From Eledone cirrhosa (Eukaryota): a stretch of DNA of 64,000 bases. Under the pieces are notes generated by a model. The model saw only the letters and a list, made by a program, of their open reading frames with translations. It made no database searches and had not been told where the DNA came from. Location of the stretch: contig OZ024740.1 in the NCBI GenBank assembly GCA_964016885.1, positions 43,214,001 through 43,278,000 of the forward strand. Reading direction: 5' to 3'. This document shows, one piece after another, positions 25,665-36,207 of the stretch. Both the position numbers and the translations under genes were made by a program. Within the stretch, counting starts at the first letter, position 1. Each line of letters opens with the position of its first letter.

Positions 25665-28600
25665 ATGACCTCACTCAGAATAGGCAGCATAAATGCGCGT
25701 GGCTTGGGGTCGTCATGGAAGCAGGGTCACCTGCTCAACGACCTCAGGTCACTAAACATAGATGTAGTGGCCATCAGCGAGACCAGAATCTCCGAAGCAC
25801 GGGCCTTCGCACCGATCTTCGGCGGCTTCGATGTGTACGCATCTCCCAGCCGTCCTGGATCCGGTGGAGGAGTTGCTGTGCTTTTTCGGAGAGGTTTGGA
25901 TCTCGCCATACGGGCCATCTTCCTGGACCCAGAGGGTAAGCTGGTGGTGCTGGACGTGACCAGCGGAGACGGGCAAGCTTTCAGGCTAGTGGCCGTCTAT
26001 GCCCCGACAGGAGCAGGGCGGCCTGATTTCTTCCGGCGTCTGGAGACCTTTCTTGGAACGTCCCGCTCTTTAGTGTTAGTGGGCGACTGGAACGGGATCT
26101 TAGATGCACGCTGGGACTGTGTGGGATTAGCGGATAGGGGTGGAGGGTGCAAGAGCCTCACCAACCTGCTCAGGCGTTTTGAACTGTCTGACAGGTACCG
26201 ATTGGATTTCCCGAATGTGCCAATGTGGACTTGGACAAACCGCATAGGGTCATCCAGATCATATCTAGATAGAGTATTTTGTAGGGAAATAGATAGGTCT
26301 AGCATAGGCTGTCCACAATTCAAGATAGTCAGCTACACGGACCACAAATTCGTGATCTGTGTGCTTGACTTAGATAGGCTTCATAGACGAGGACCCGGCT
26401 ACTGGAAGCTAAACGCGTCCTTACCAGCGCGCAAGGCCTACAGAGACCGGATTAGCGAACTAGTTAAGCGGGCGTTGACGGGGGCCATCGTCAACAACAA
26501 GTGGTGGTTTGCTCTGAAAAGAGCGATTAGAATAGAATCGATTAGGTTTAGTAAGGCTTTAGCAATAGAGAAAAATAGAGCAGAGGGAGAACTAGTTAGA
26601 AAATTAGACGAGGCGCTTAGCAAAGGCATTGCGACCGACGTGCTTGCGGCGAAATTGGCCCTTGACCAATTCTTCAATGCAAAGCACGAAGGCTGCGTTG
26701 TCAGAGCAAGGGTGCGTGCTCTCAGACACGAGGGGACGAAAGCCGTGCAATGGGCCCGAGTGGCGGAGGCGCGTCGTGGCAACAAAGCCACGATCCGGTC
26801 TTTGGTGGACCACGACGGGCGCATGCTACTCGATCCCGGGCAAATGTGTGAAGCTTTTCAGCGACACTTCGCTCAGCTGTTCGGGGGCAGCGGTGGGCCG
26901 GGTAGAGGGATGGACTTTAGTGTCTACCTCGACGGACTGCCGCGGCTCTCGGCCACTGAGGCGAAGTGTTGCGAAAAGCCGATAACAGCCGCTGAAGTAA
27001 GGGAGGCAATGACTGGCTGCACAAGGGGTAAATCGCCTGGTTTGGATGGTCTGCCCTATGAACTTTACGTACAGATGCCAGACTTGTTCGGAGGCCTCTT
27101 GGCGGACGTCTACTGCAACTGGCAACAGAACGGGAGAATTCCCAGTTCTGTGAGCCGAGGAGCGGTGGCACTGCTGAGAAAGGATCCGAACAAGGGGGAT
27201 AACATAGAAAATTTCCGGCCCATAACTCTGCTAAACACAGAGTTTAAGATTTTGGCCAAGGTGCTAGCAAAGAGGTTGGCGCTTGTCGTTGGTGGTCTGG
27301 TGGGAGAGGCGCAGACATGCGCCATTCCCGACAGATCCATCCACGACAACCTCCACCTCATGCGATACATCGTAGAGAGGGTAGCTAGGGAACCTGGCAC
27401 GGGTGGGTCCTTGATCAATTTAGATCAGTCGAAAGCTTTCGATAGGGTCGACCATCGTTACCTAGCGGCAGTCCTGAGGGCGGCTGGCTTTGGGCCCGTC
27501 TTCAGAGGCTGGATCGCTGCCATGCACAGCGACATCTGCTCTGTGGTGAGAGTGAACGGTCACCTGTCGGAACCGTTCAACATCATGCGCTCGGTCCGCC
27601 AAGGATGTCCCCTCTCGTCCCTCTTGTACGTATTGACGCTCGAGCCATTACTGCACAAACTGGAGACGTTGAGGGGAGTCCCGCGCGAACTAGGATGCGG
27701 AAGATCCGTGTCAGCATATGCGGACGATGTCACCGTAGTGGTGTCGAACGCCAAACACATCGAGGCGATCGGCACTACACTAAGAGAATACGAAGCGGTG
27801 ACAGGAGCAATGATCAACCAGGAAAAGTCAGTGGGCCTGCAGCTCGGCACCTGGAGAGGCAGGTCCATGCCGTCCAACAGCGTCGTCGGGCGCTGGACGG
27901 ACGGTCCGGTTAAATTGCTAGGGGTCTGGTTCGGTCCGGACCTCCAGACGGACAAAAACTGGGACGAGGTGACGAGCAGGGTGGCTTCTCTCACCCAGAA
28001 ATGGGCGGAGAGGAAGCTATCCCTGAAAGGTCGAGCGGAGGTGGCTAACGCGTACATCGCGTCTGTCATCTGCTACCGCCTAACCGTCGTACCTTGTCCT
28101 AAGCCTCGCCTGACTGCGCTGGAGCGTTTGCTCTTTCGCTTTTTGTGGAAGGGACGTGCTCCGATGGTCAGGCGGTCCATCTGTTGTCAACACCCGCTAC
28201 GTGGAGGGCTGGGCATGCCGTGGCTGATGATGCGCAGGCACGCGCTCAGGCTACGACATCTCCACCTCTTCCTCGACGGTGATCAGGTGTGGTCGCCGTT
28301 TGCTAGACGCGTTTTTCCCCAGCTCGTTTCCTTGACGGAGCTGCAGTCCTGGGTCAAGCGAAGACCGAGAGGGAGCGCCTGGAGACTGGAATGTCTTCAG
28401 GCGCTCACAGCCCTCGACCAATCGGGCAATGTGATCGGTGGAAACTCCACCTCGGCGTTCTATAGAGGATTAGTGGAGGGGAAGAGCGACGACGTACTTG
28501 GGGAAACTCTAGGCGTCGACGAAAATCAACTAGCCAATCTCTTCGGAAGAACTTTCGGGCCAGGGCCTATGGACAACTTCCAGAAATCTCTGGCCTGGCA

Positions 28601-29084
28601 GTGCTACCGAGGAGCCTTGCCAGTTCGGGATAAACTCTACAGGCATGGAGGTGCCGTCAGCCGGGCATGTCCGAGATGCGCGCAGGGCGACGAAACCGTC
28701 CTGCACGCACTCGTCCAGTGTCCGAAAATTGCTGACTTGTGGGTTTATGTCGAACACCTGCTGTCGCGTTTAGGACGGATCCAGCTATCATCTGAGTCTA
28801 TCGTGAGGATTGCCCCGCCCTCCTCCTTTAGCCGGGAAGGGCAGGCAGTTTTTATCTGTCTGGTGGCCATGGCGAAAGAGATAGTATGGTGGACACGTTT
28901 GAAAGGGCTGAAGACGAGCACTTACCTCTTCGGTGATGCTCTGATTGACTTTTTCAAATTTCATTTGAAAAGGAAAATCAGAGTAGAAAAGGAAGTGCTC
29001 TCTTCCCAGCATTTTGTTGAAAGATGGGTGAGAGAAGCAAGAATGGCCCGAGTGAATGGGCCGACTCTGAGTATATATCTGTAA
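25665..29084 (+). CDS. Tx1-like ORF2: AP endonuclease + reverse transcriptase + C-terminal Zn finger (1139 aa, open)
   Basis: INARGL, ISET, GDWN, SYLD, YTDH; KSPGLDGL, FRPITLLN, DQSKAFD, RQGCPLS, YADD; WKLN; CPRC..ETVLHALVQC. Confidence 0.96.
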   Translation: MTSLRIGSINARGLGSSWKQGHLLNDLRSLNIDVVAISETRISEARAFAPIFGGFDVYASPSRPGSGGGVAVLFRRGLDLAIRAIFLDPEGKLVVLDVTSGDGQAFRLVAVYAPTGAGRPDFFRRLETFLGTSRSLVLVGDWNGILDARWDCVGLADRGGGCKSLTNLLRRFELSDRYRLDFPNVPMWTWTNRIGSSRSYLDRVFCREIDRSSIGCPQFKIVSYTDHKFVICVLDLDRLHRRGPGYWKLNASLPARKAYRDRISELVKRALTGAIVNNKWWFALKRAIRIESIRFSKALAIEKNRAEGELVRKLDEALSKGIATDVLAAKLALDQFFNAKHEGCVVRARVRALRHEGTKAVQWARVAEARRGNKATIRSLVDHDGRMLLDPGQMCEAFQRHFAQLFGGSGGPGRGMDFSVYLDGLPRLSATEAKCCEKPITAAEVREAMTGCTRGKSPGLDGLPYELYVQMPDLFGGLLADVYCNWQQNGRIPSSVSRGAVALLRKDPNKGDNIENFRPITLLNTEFKILAKVLAKRLALVVGGLVGEAQTCAIPDRSIHDNLHLMRYIVERVAREPGTGGSLINLDQSKAFDRVDHRYLAAVLRAAGFGPVFRGWIAAMHSDICSVVRVNGHLSEPFNIMRSVRQGCPLSSLLYVLTLEPLLHKLETLRGVPRELGCGRSVSAYADDVTVVVSNAKHIEAIGTTLREYEAVTGAMINQEKSVGLQLGTWRGRSMPSNSVVGRWTDGPVKLLGVWFGPDLQTDKNWDEVTSRVASLTQKWAERKLSLKGRAEVANAYIASVICYRLTVVPCPKPRLTALERLLFRFLWKGRAPMVRRSICCQHPLRGGLGMPWLMMRRHALRLRHLHLFLDGDQVWSPFARRVFPQLVSLTELQSWVKRRPRGSAWRLECLQALTALDQSGNVIGGNSTSAFYRGLVEGKSDDVLGETLGVDENQLANLFGRTFGPGPMDNFQKSLAWQCYRGALPVRDKLYRHGGAVSRACPRCAQGDETVLHALVQCPKIADLWVYVEHLLSRLGRIQLSSESIVRIAPPSSFSREGQAVFICLVAMAKEIVWWTRLKGLKTSTYLFGDALIDFFKFHLKRKIRVEKEVLSSQHFVERWVREARMARVNGPTLSIYL

Positions 29085-29344
29085 ACTAAAGGTGGAAAAC
29101 TGGGAGAGGGCACTTGCCTTGGTGGTCAGGGTCATTGTGGCTTTTTACTGGGCTTTCTCCACAAATGTCCCTCCGAAGTCTCCCCCCTATTGGGGAATTT
29201 TTCATTGTTATTTTCATTGTTATTTTTGTTAAATCCTCTGTTTTTGTTTTTTTACACGCAGAAATGCCCATTTGTACCGTCCTGCATTGTCCTGCACTGT
29301 CCTTAATGTCTACTTTATGTAAACCCTTGTGGTTAATAAAGAAA

Positions 29345-29347
<3 letters not shown>

Positions 29348-29403
<56 letters not shown>
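29348..29403. repeat. (TTA)n spacer between the Tx1 copies
   Basis: Read directly. Confidence 0.97.
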
Positions 29404-29616
29404 GAATGCCATGGTTGACGGAGGCTCGGCTCTGTAAGGTATAGTAATTTTTAACCGTTAAAACAATTGTAAATTGTTTAAAACTTGAACCAAATTGTTG
29501 ATAAAGACACCCTCCTCCTCGTGAGAGGGGTCTTTCTGTCCGTTATTTGGCCCTTCGGGGTTAAATAACCAGTTATTGGGGTTTTGTACCCAAAATTTCA
29601 TTTTAAACAAAAAAAC

Positions 29617-31720
29617 ATGGCTACGAAAAAGAAATTTCATACGTCACTCCCACTCATTCCGTCTTCTTCTTCCTCAATCATCACTACAGCAGAGAGAAGA
29701 TTGTCTCTCTCCCTCCCTTCTTTAAATGTGTCTCTCTCCCTCCCTTCTCTTTCGCAAGCGACGAAAGAAAAGAAAAGTCTCGTGCAAAGCGTGCAAGGTT
29801 TCTCCACGACGACGACGACAGCGACGAAACAGGTGTGCGGGAAATACGAAAACCCAGTTCATTCGTCTGACGTCAGGAATAATAGCAGTAGCAGCCGTAA
29901 TAACAACAGCAACAGTGACAATGAAAACAACAGTAGCAGCCGCAACAGCATCACCAGCAGCATAAACAACAACAGCATTAGCAGCAGCAACACCAACAAC
30001 AACCACAGCAACAGCGGCGGAGGCAGTAGTCGTAGTACCTGCAGCAACAACAAAAGTACCAGCAGCTCTGACGACAACAACAACAGCAGAGAAAAACCAA
30101 TCTCATTTGCAGGTATTGCGAAAAACTTGGAAACAATCCTCATAACAAATGAGGAATTAGAGGAAGCGAAGAAGATGGTGACAAAGAACGGACACCGAGC
30201 AATCTGCAAGACAGCGAAAAAATTTTTCGAAACCCAAGAGCACTGTACGGTCACGTACCGTACAGTAAGTACAAAATCCCGTAGGGTGGAAAGAGCCACA
30301 GAGGCCCAAATACAAAAAGCCTTGGGGTCTGTGTGGCAGAGGAAAACGCACATCACCCGAGGCAAAAAATACGCCACCGTAGACGTACTTTTTGCCACAC
30401 CCCAGGAGGCAAAGGCCCAATCAGTAGTGACCCTAAGGAGCGAGGAAATGGTGTTGGTGCCCTCCTACTGCGGGCAAAAAATTGTGAGGGTCAAACTAAC
30501 CCACGTCCCCCCCCCCCCCCCGGAATGACCCCTTCTTGGCTGGCCGCGTCTGTCCTCGTCGAAATCGAGGACAAAACAACTGTACTGCAAGTACAGAAAA
30601 AAGTAAGAGAAGATTGGGTCGGCTCCTCCATTGAGATGCTAATCCAAACCAACCAGGAGTGCATCGAAGCTATCCCGGATGTGATAGACTTCGATAACGG
30701 CACTCAACTGCCCATAAGTGTTGAGGGAAAACGCCCGAAATGCTTTCGCTGTGGATCGAAGACTCACCTCAGGGCCTTCTGCAACGAGAAGACCCTGAGA
30801 AAGGAGAAAACCCCCCTCCTTCCGAATCAGGCTCCACGGCTACCAGCAACAGGACAAGCGGCAACCAGGAACGATAGGTCCGTGGCACCCATACCCACTC
30901 CACGGATTCAAAGACAGCAGCAGCAGTGGAAATATTAACAACAACAACAGCAATACCAAATGCAGCTGCAACAGAGACTCCAGTGCAAACATCACCAACA
31001 ACAACAAGTGAAAGAGTGGAGCTGGTACCCCTCCCCGACCTTACAGAATCAGACATGGAGTGTGAGGTGGGAGAGGGATGGCAAAAGGTCGCAAGAAGGC
31101 ACAAACGCAGAAGCAGCGCATCGTCGCCTTTGAAAAGGGAGGAAAGAAATGAGAAAAGGGTAAAGTCTACTGCAAAGAGACCCACAGCAGCAACACCACC
31201 AACACCATCACCACCCACACCAGCACCACCATCACCACCGGCGACAACCCCACCGCCAACAACACCTTCAACACCACCACCACAAGCACCAACATCGCAA
31301 ACACAACAACAAAACACACACACCCAGCAACAACGACAAGAAAATAGCAGAACCACACCCCACCCCCAGAAAAACAAATGCACGTCAATAAACACACACA
31401 ACAAGAAACTAATGACTTACATAATTGAACACACAGACATTTCACAACAGGACTACATAATACCAGCACCAATCAAAACGCCAACTAACATAAGACTGCT
31501 AAAAATAGCACAGAAACAATACACAAACAATAAAACGAAATTCCCCAACGCAGTTGGTGATTTCAGGGACCTAGGAGGAACCATCAATCGAAGAGTATAT
31601 TCAGACATTCTCTTAGAAGAGCCGACGACCAGCCGAAGGGACGATTCAACGGTCCCTTCACCAGACGATCAAGTGAAAAGGGATGTAAAAACCATCCCTC
31701 CTCTACCAAAAGTACGGTAA
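29617..31720 (+). pseudogene. Tx1-like ORF1, copy 2
   Basis: Frameshifts at the poly-C run 30507-30521 and near 30906. Confidence 0.85.
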
Positions 31721-31755
31721 GTGGTCTTTCCCATCTTTTCCACTCTATTTTAAAC

Positions 31756-34603
31756 ATGACCTCACTCAGAATAGGCAGCATAAATGCGCGTGGCTTGGGG
31801 TCGTCATGGAAGCAGGGTCACCTGCTCAACGACCTCAGGTCACTAAACATAGATGTAGTGGCCATCAGCGAGACCAGAATCTCCGAAGCACGGGCCTTCG
31901 CACCGATCTTCGGCGGCTACGATGTGTACGCATCTCCCAGCCGTCCTGGATCGGGTGGAGGAGTTGCTGTGCTTTTTCGGAGAGGTTTGGATCTCGCCAT
32001 ACGGGCCATCTTCCTGGACCCAGAGGGTAAGCTGGTGGTGCTGGACGTGACCGGCGGAGACGGGCAAGCTTTCAGGCTAGTGGCCGTCTATGCCCCGACA
32101 GGAGCAGGGCGGCCTGATTTCTTCCGGCGTCTGGAGACCTTTCTTGGAACGTCCCGCTCTTTAGTGTTAGTGGGCGACTGGAACGGGATCTTAGATGCAC
32201 GCTGGGACTGTGTGGGATTAGCGGATAGGGGTGGAGGGTGCATGAGCCTCACCAACCTGCTCAGGCGTTTTGAACTGTCTGACAGGTACCGATTGGATTT
32301 CCCGAATGTGCCAATGTGGACTTGGACAAACCGCATTAGGTCATCCAGATCATATCTAGATAGAGTATTTTGTAGGGAAATAGATAGGTCTAGCATAGGC
32401 TGTCCACAATTCAAGATAGTCAGCTACACGGACCACAAATTCGTGACCTGTGTGCTTGACTTAGATAGGCTTCATAGACGAGGACCCGGCTACTGGAAGC
32501 TAAACGCGTCCTTACCAGCGCGCAAGGCCTACAGAGACCGGATTAGCGAACTAGTTAAGCGGGCGTTGACGGGGGCCATCGTCAACAACAAGTGGTGGTT
32601 TGCTCTGAAAAGAGCGATTAGAATAGAATCGATTAGGTTTAGTAAGGCTTTAGCAATAGAGAAAAATAGAGCAGAGGGAGAACTAGTTAAAAAATTAGAC
32701 GAGGCGCTTAGCAAAGGCATTGCGACCGACGTGCTTGCGGCGAAATTGGCCCTTGACCAATTCTTCAATGCAAAGCACGAAGGCTGCGTTGTCAGAGCTA
32801 GGGTGCGTGCTCTCAGACACGAGGGGACGAAAGCCGTTCAATGGGCCCGAGTGGCGGAGGCGCGTCGTGGCAACAAAGCCACGATCCGGTCTTTGGTGGA
32901 CCACGACGGGCGCATGCTACTCGATCCCGGGCAAATGTGTGAAGCTTTTCAGCGACACTTCGCTCAGCTGTTCGGGGGCAGCGGGGGGCCGGGTAGAGGG
33001 ATGGACTTTAGTGTCTACCTCGACGGACTGCCGCGGCTCTCGGCCACTGAGGCGAAGTGTTGCGAAAAGCCGATAACAGCCGCTGAAGTACGGGAGGCAA
33101 TGACTGGCTGCACAAGGGGTAAATCGCCTGGTTTGGATGGTCTGCCCTATGAACTTTACGTACAGATGCCAGACTTGTTCGGAGGCCTCTTGGCGGACGT
33201 CTACTGCAACTGGCAACAGAACGGGAGAATTCCCAGTTCTGTGAGCCGAGGAGCGGTGGCACTGCTGAGAAAGGATCCGAACAAGGGGGATAACATAGAC
33301 AATTTCCGGCCCATAACTCTGCTAAACACAGAGTTTAAGATTTTGGCCAAGGTGCTATCAAAGAGGTTGGCGCTTGTCGTTGGTGGTCTGGTGGGAGAGG
33401 CGCAGACATGCGCCATTCCCGACAGATCCATCCACGACAACCTCCACCTCATGCGATACATCGTAGAGAGGGTAGCTAGGGAACCTGGCACGGGTGGGTC
33501 CTTGATCAATTTAGATCAGTCGAAAGCTTTCGATAGGGTCGACCATCCACCTAGCGGCAGTCCTGAGGGCGGCTGGCTTTGGGCCCGTCTTCAGAGGCTG
33601 GATCGCTGCCATGCACAGCGACATCTGCTCTGTGGTGAGAGTGAACGGTCACCTGTCGGAACCGTTCAACATCATGCGCTCGGTCCGCCAAGGATGTCCC
33701 CTCTCGTCCCTCTTGTACGTATTGACTCTCGAGCCATTACTGCACAAACTGGAGACGTTGAGGGGAGTCCCGCGCGAACTAGGATGCGGAAGATCCGTGT
33801 CAGCATATGCGGACGATGTCACCGTAGTGGTGTCGAACGCCAAACACATCGAGGCGATCGGCACTACACTAAGAGAATACGAAGCGGTGACAGGAGCAAT
33901 GATCAACCAGGAAAAGTCAGTGGGCCTGCAGCTCGGCACCTGGATAGGCAGGTCCATGCCGTCCAACAGCGTCGTCGGGCGCTGGACGGACGGTCCGGTT
34001 AAATTGCTAGGGGTCTGGTTCGGTCCGGACCTCCAGACGGACAAAAACTGGGACGAGGTGACGAGCAGGGTGGCTTCTCTCACCCAGAAATGGGCGGAGA
34101 GGAAGCTATCCCTGAAAGGTCGAGCGGAGGTGGCTAACGCGTACATCGCGTCTGTCATCTGCTACCGCCTAACCTTGTCCTAAGCCTCGCCTGACTGCGC
34201 TGGAGCGTTTGCTCTTTCGCTTTTTGTGGAAGGGACGTGCTCCGATGGTCAGGCGGTCCATCTGTTGTCAACACCCGCTACGTGGAGGGCTGGGCATGCC
34301 GTGGCTGATGATGCGCAGGCACGCGCTCAGGCTACGACATCTCCACCTCTTCCTCGACGGTGATCAGGTGTGGTCGCCGTTTGCTAGACGCGTTTTTGCC
34401 CAGCTCGTTTCCTTGACGGAGCTGCAGTCCTGGGTCAAGCGAAGACCGAGAGGGAGCGCCTGGAGACTGGAATGTCTTCAGGCGCTCACAGCCCTCGACC
34501 AATCGGGCAATGTGATCGGTGGAAACTCCACCTCGGCGTTCTATAGAGGATTAGTGGAGGGGAAGAGCGACGACGTACTTGGGGAAACTCTAGGCGTCGA
34601 CGA
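31756..34603 (+). pseudogene. Tx1-like ORF2, copy 2
   Basis: 2-bp loss near 33547, 8-bp deletion near 34172, truncated before the Zn finger. Confidence 0.9.
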
Positions 34604-35267
34604 TAGATTGAGTCTATCAGGTTCGGTATATCTCTAGTGTATTATTGCGGCTACATTATGTTATTGATTTTGCTAAATTTATGTTGGTGAGGTGTTGTTA
34701 AGTTCTGTAAATATTAATTATGTTTCGTAGATAAAGTTAATCTACTGTATTTATTTTCAGGTCTGCGAACATTTTTTTTTTACTTATTTAATGTTTATGT
34801 GTCGAGAGGTAACAAGTATAGTCGTATTTAACTCAAAAATGTATGTTTGTGTGGTGGGGTGGTCGTTTTTATGACGTGAAGAGAGTTTATTTCTTATAGT
34901 ATTGAATCTCCTTTTCTATTACAGGCGATGAAATCCCATCAAAAATGGTGTAAGGTAAATAGTGAATGTGTCTTACAGCTGTGTTTGATAAATTGGTGTT
35001 TATAGATAGATAGATTCATTCATTCAGACACATATAAATTAGTTCAAACATACATGCGTACAAATATTCATACATACATACATGATTACATACATACATT
35101 TGAACATAAATACATTCGTACATACATACATTAATTCGTACAAACATAGATGCATACATGCATACGTTCGTACAAACATACATTCACACATTCATGCATT
35201 CGTACTAACATATTCGCTTACATATATACATTCTGACTTACATGCATGTATACATGCATACATGGTG

Positions 35268-35820
35268 GCTGCCAACTCGTTTTCGAGTACGGTCATTACT
35301 TTATATCCATGTAGGAGAACCTCTACCGATGCGCTGAACGAGTGTGACTTTTTAGTCCAGCCAGCGACTTGAAAACTCTGGTACAAACACTAGACTTGTC
35401 ACAATTATTGACACATAGTGCTGGGCCCATGGTACCATGTGACGACAAGTGCAGAGAGATCTCCAGATATAAAGCAATGCCTGTGCCGTGAAGCTTTTAT
35501 AGTGAGCATCGGCACTGGACAAAGCCAGTCCCACTCTCTTAACCGAGATGATATTTACCAAAAAGAGGAACAAGTCAACGTCATTGGATACTATCAGGGT
35601 TGCAGGTGTTATATCAGAGATTCCCTTCTCATACAATTCTGCCTTGACAAAGGATAAGGGGTCATCTCTCACGGTGATTTTGGATGGCCATTGACTCTTA
35701 AGATCTCCTTTGCGCTTTGACAGGTTTCGTTTTTAGTCCTGCAGGATGTCCAAAGTCACCCTCCTCACCAAGAAACCTTGGTGGGGTGGCCAGTTTAGTC
35801 GCCAAAGACCCGACCATGAG
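35268..35820 (-). mobile_element. Probable 5'-UTR fragment of an RTE-clade element
   Basis: Shares gcaatgcctgtg, agcca-tcccactctct and tgcc-tgacaa-gg-ta-gggg blocks with 38955-39225. Confidence 0.45.
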
Positions 35821-35925
35821 ACAAGCATACATAGGTACATATATAAATACATCATGGCTGCCCCCTCGTTATCGAGTATGGCCATTGCACGAGAAAAAAA
35901 ACATAATAATAACAATATTAATAAT

Positions 35926-36105
35926 AATTATTTCTACTTTTTTTGCACAAGGCCAGCAAATAGCCAGTACATTACTGGTATTTTATTTTATCGACCCCGT
36001 AAGGATGAAAGGCAAAGTGAACCTCGGCGGGATTTGAACTCAGACCGTAAAGGGACGTAACTATGCTGGAAAGCATGGCGTCCGACTCTCTACCGATACT
36101 GCCAA
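35926..36105 (-). mobile_element. tRNA-derived SINE
   Basis: Same family as 18.9 kb. Confidence 0.85.
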
Positions 36106-36207
36106 CAACAATAATAATAACGACAACAACAACAATAGTAATATACATTTATATATATACACCACACACCCACACATAAACATATCTACACATACACACG
36201 ATAGCAA

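Larger units (their letters stand above)
23323..29347 (+). mobile_element. Full-length Tx1/L1-clade non-LTR retrotransposon, copy 1
   Basis: 5' UTR, CCHC ORF1, APE-RT-Zn ORF2, 3' UTR with AATAAA 29335-29340; (TTA)n on both sides. Confidence 0.93.
29404..34603 (+). mobile_element. Tx1-like retrotransposon, copy 2 (near-identical, 3'-truncated)
   Basis: Starts with the same gaatgccatggttgacgg, 6081 bp after copy 1; homology ends at 34603. Confidence 0.93.

Noticed and set aside
23642-34158. Antisense and alternate-frame ORFs within the Tx1 copies
   Set aside because: Shadows of GC-rich coding sequence, no recognisable motifs.
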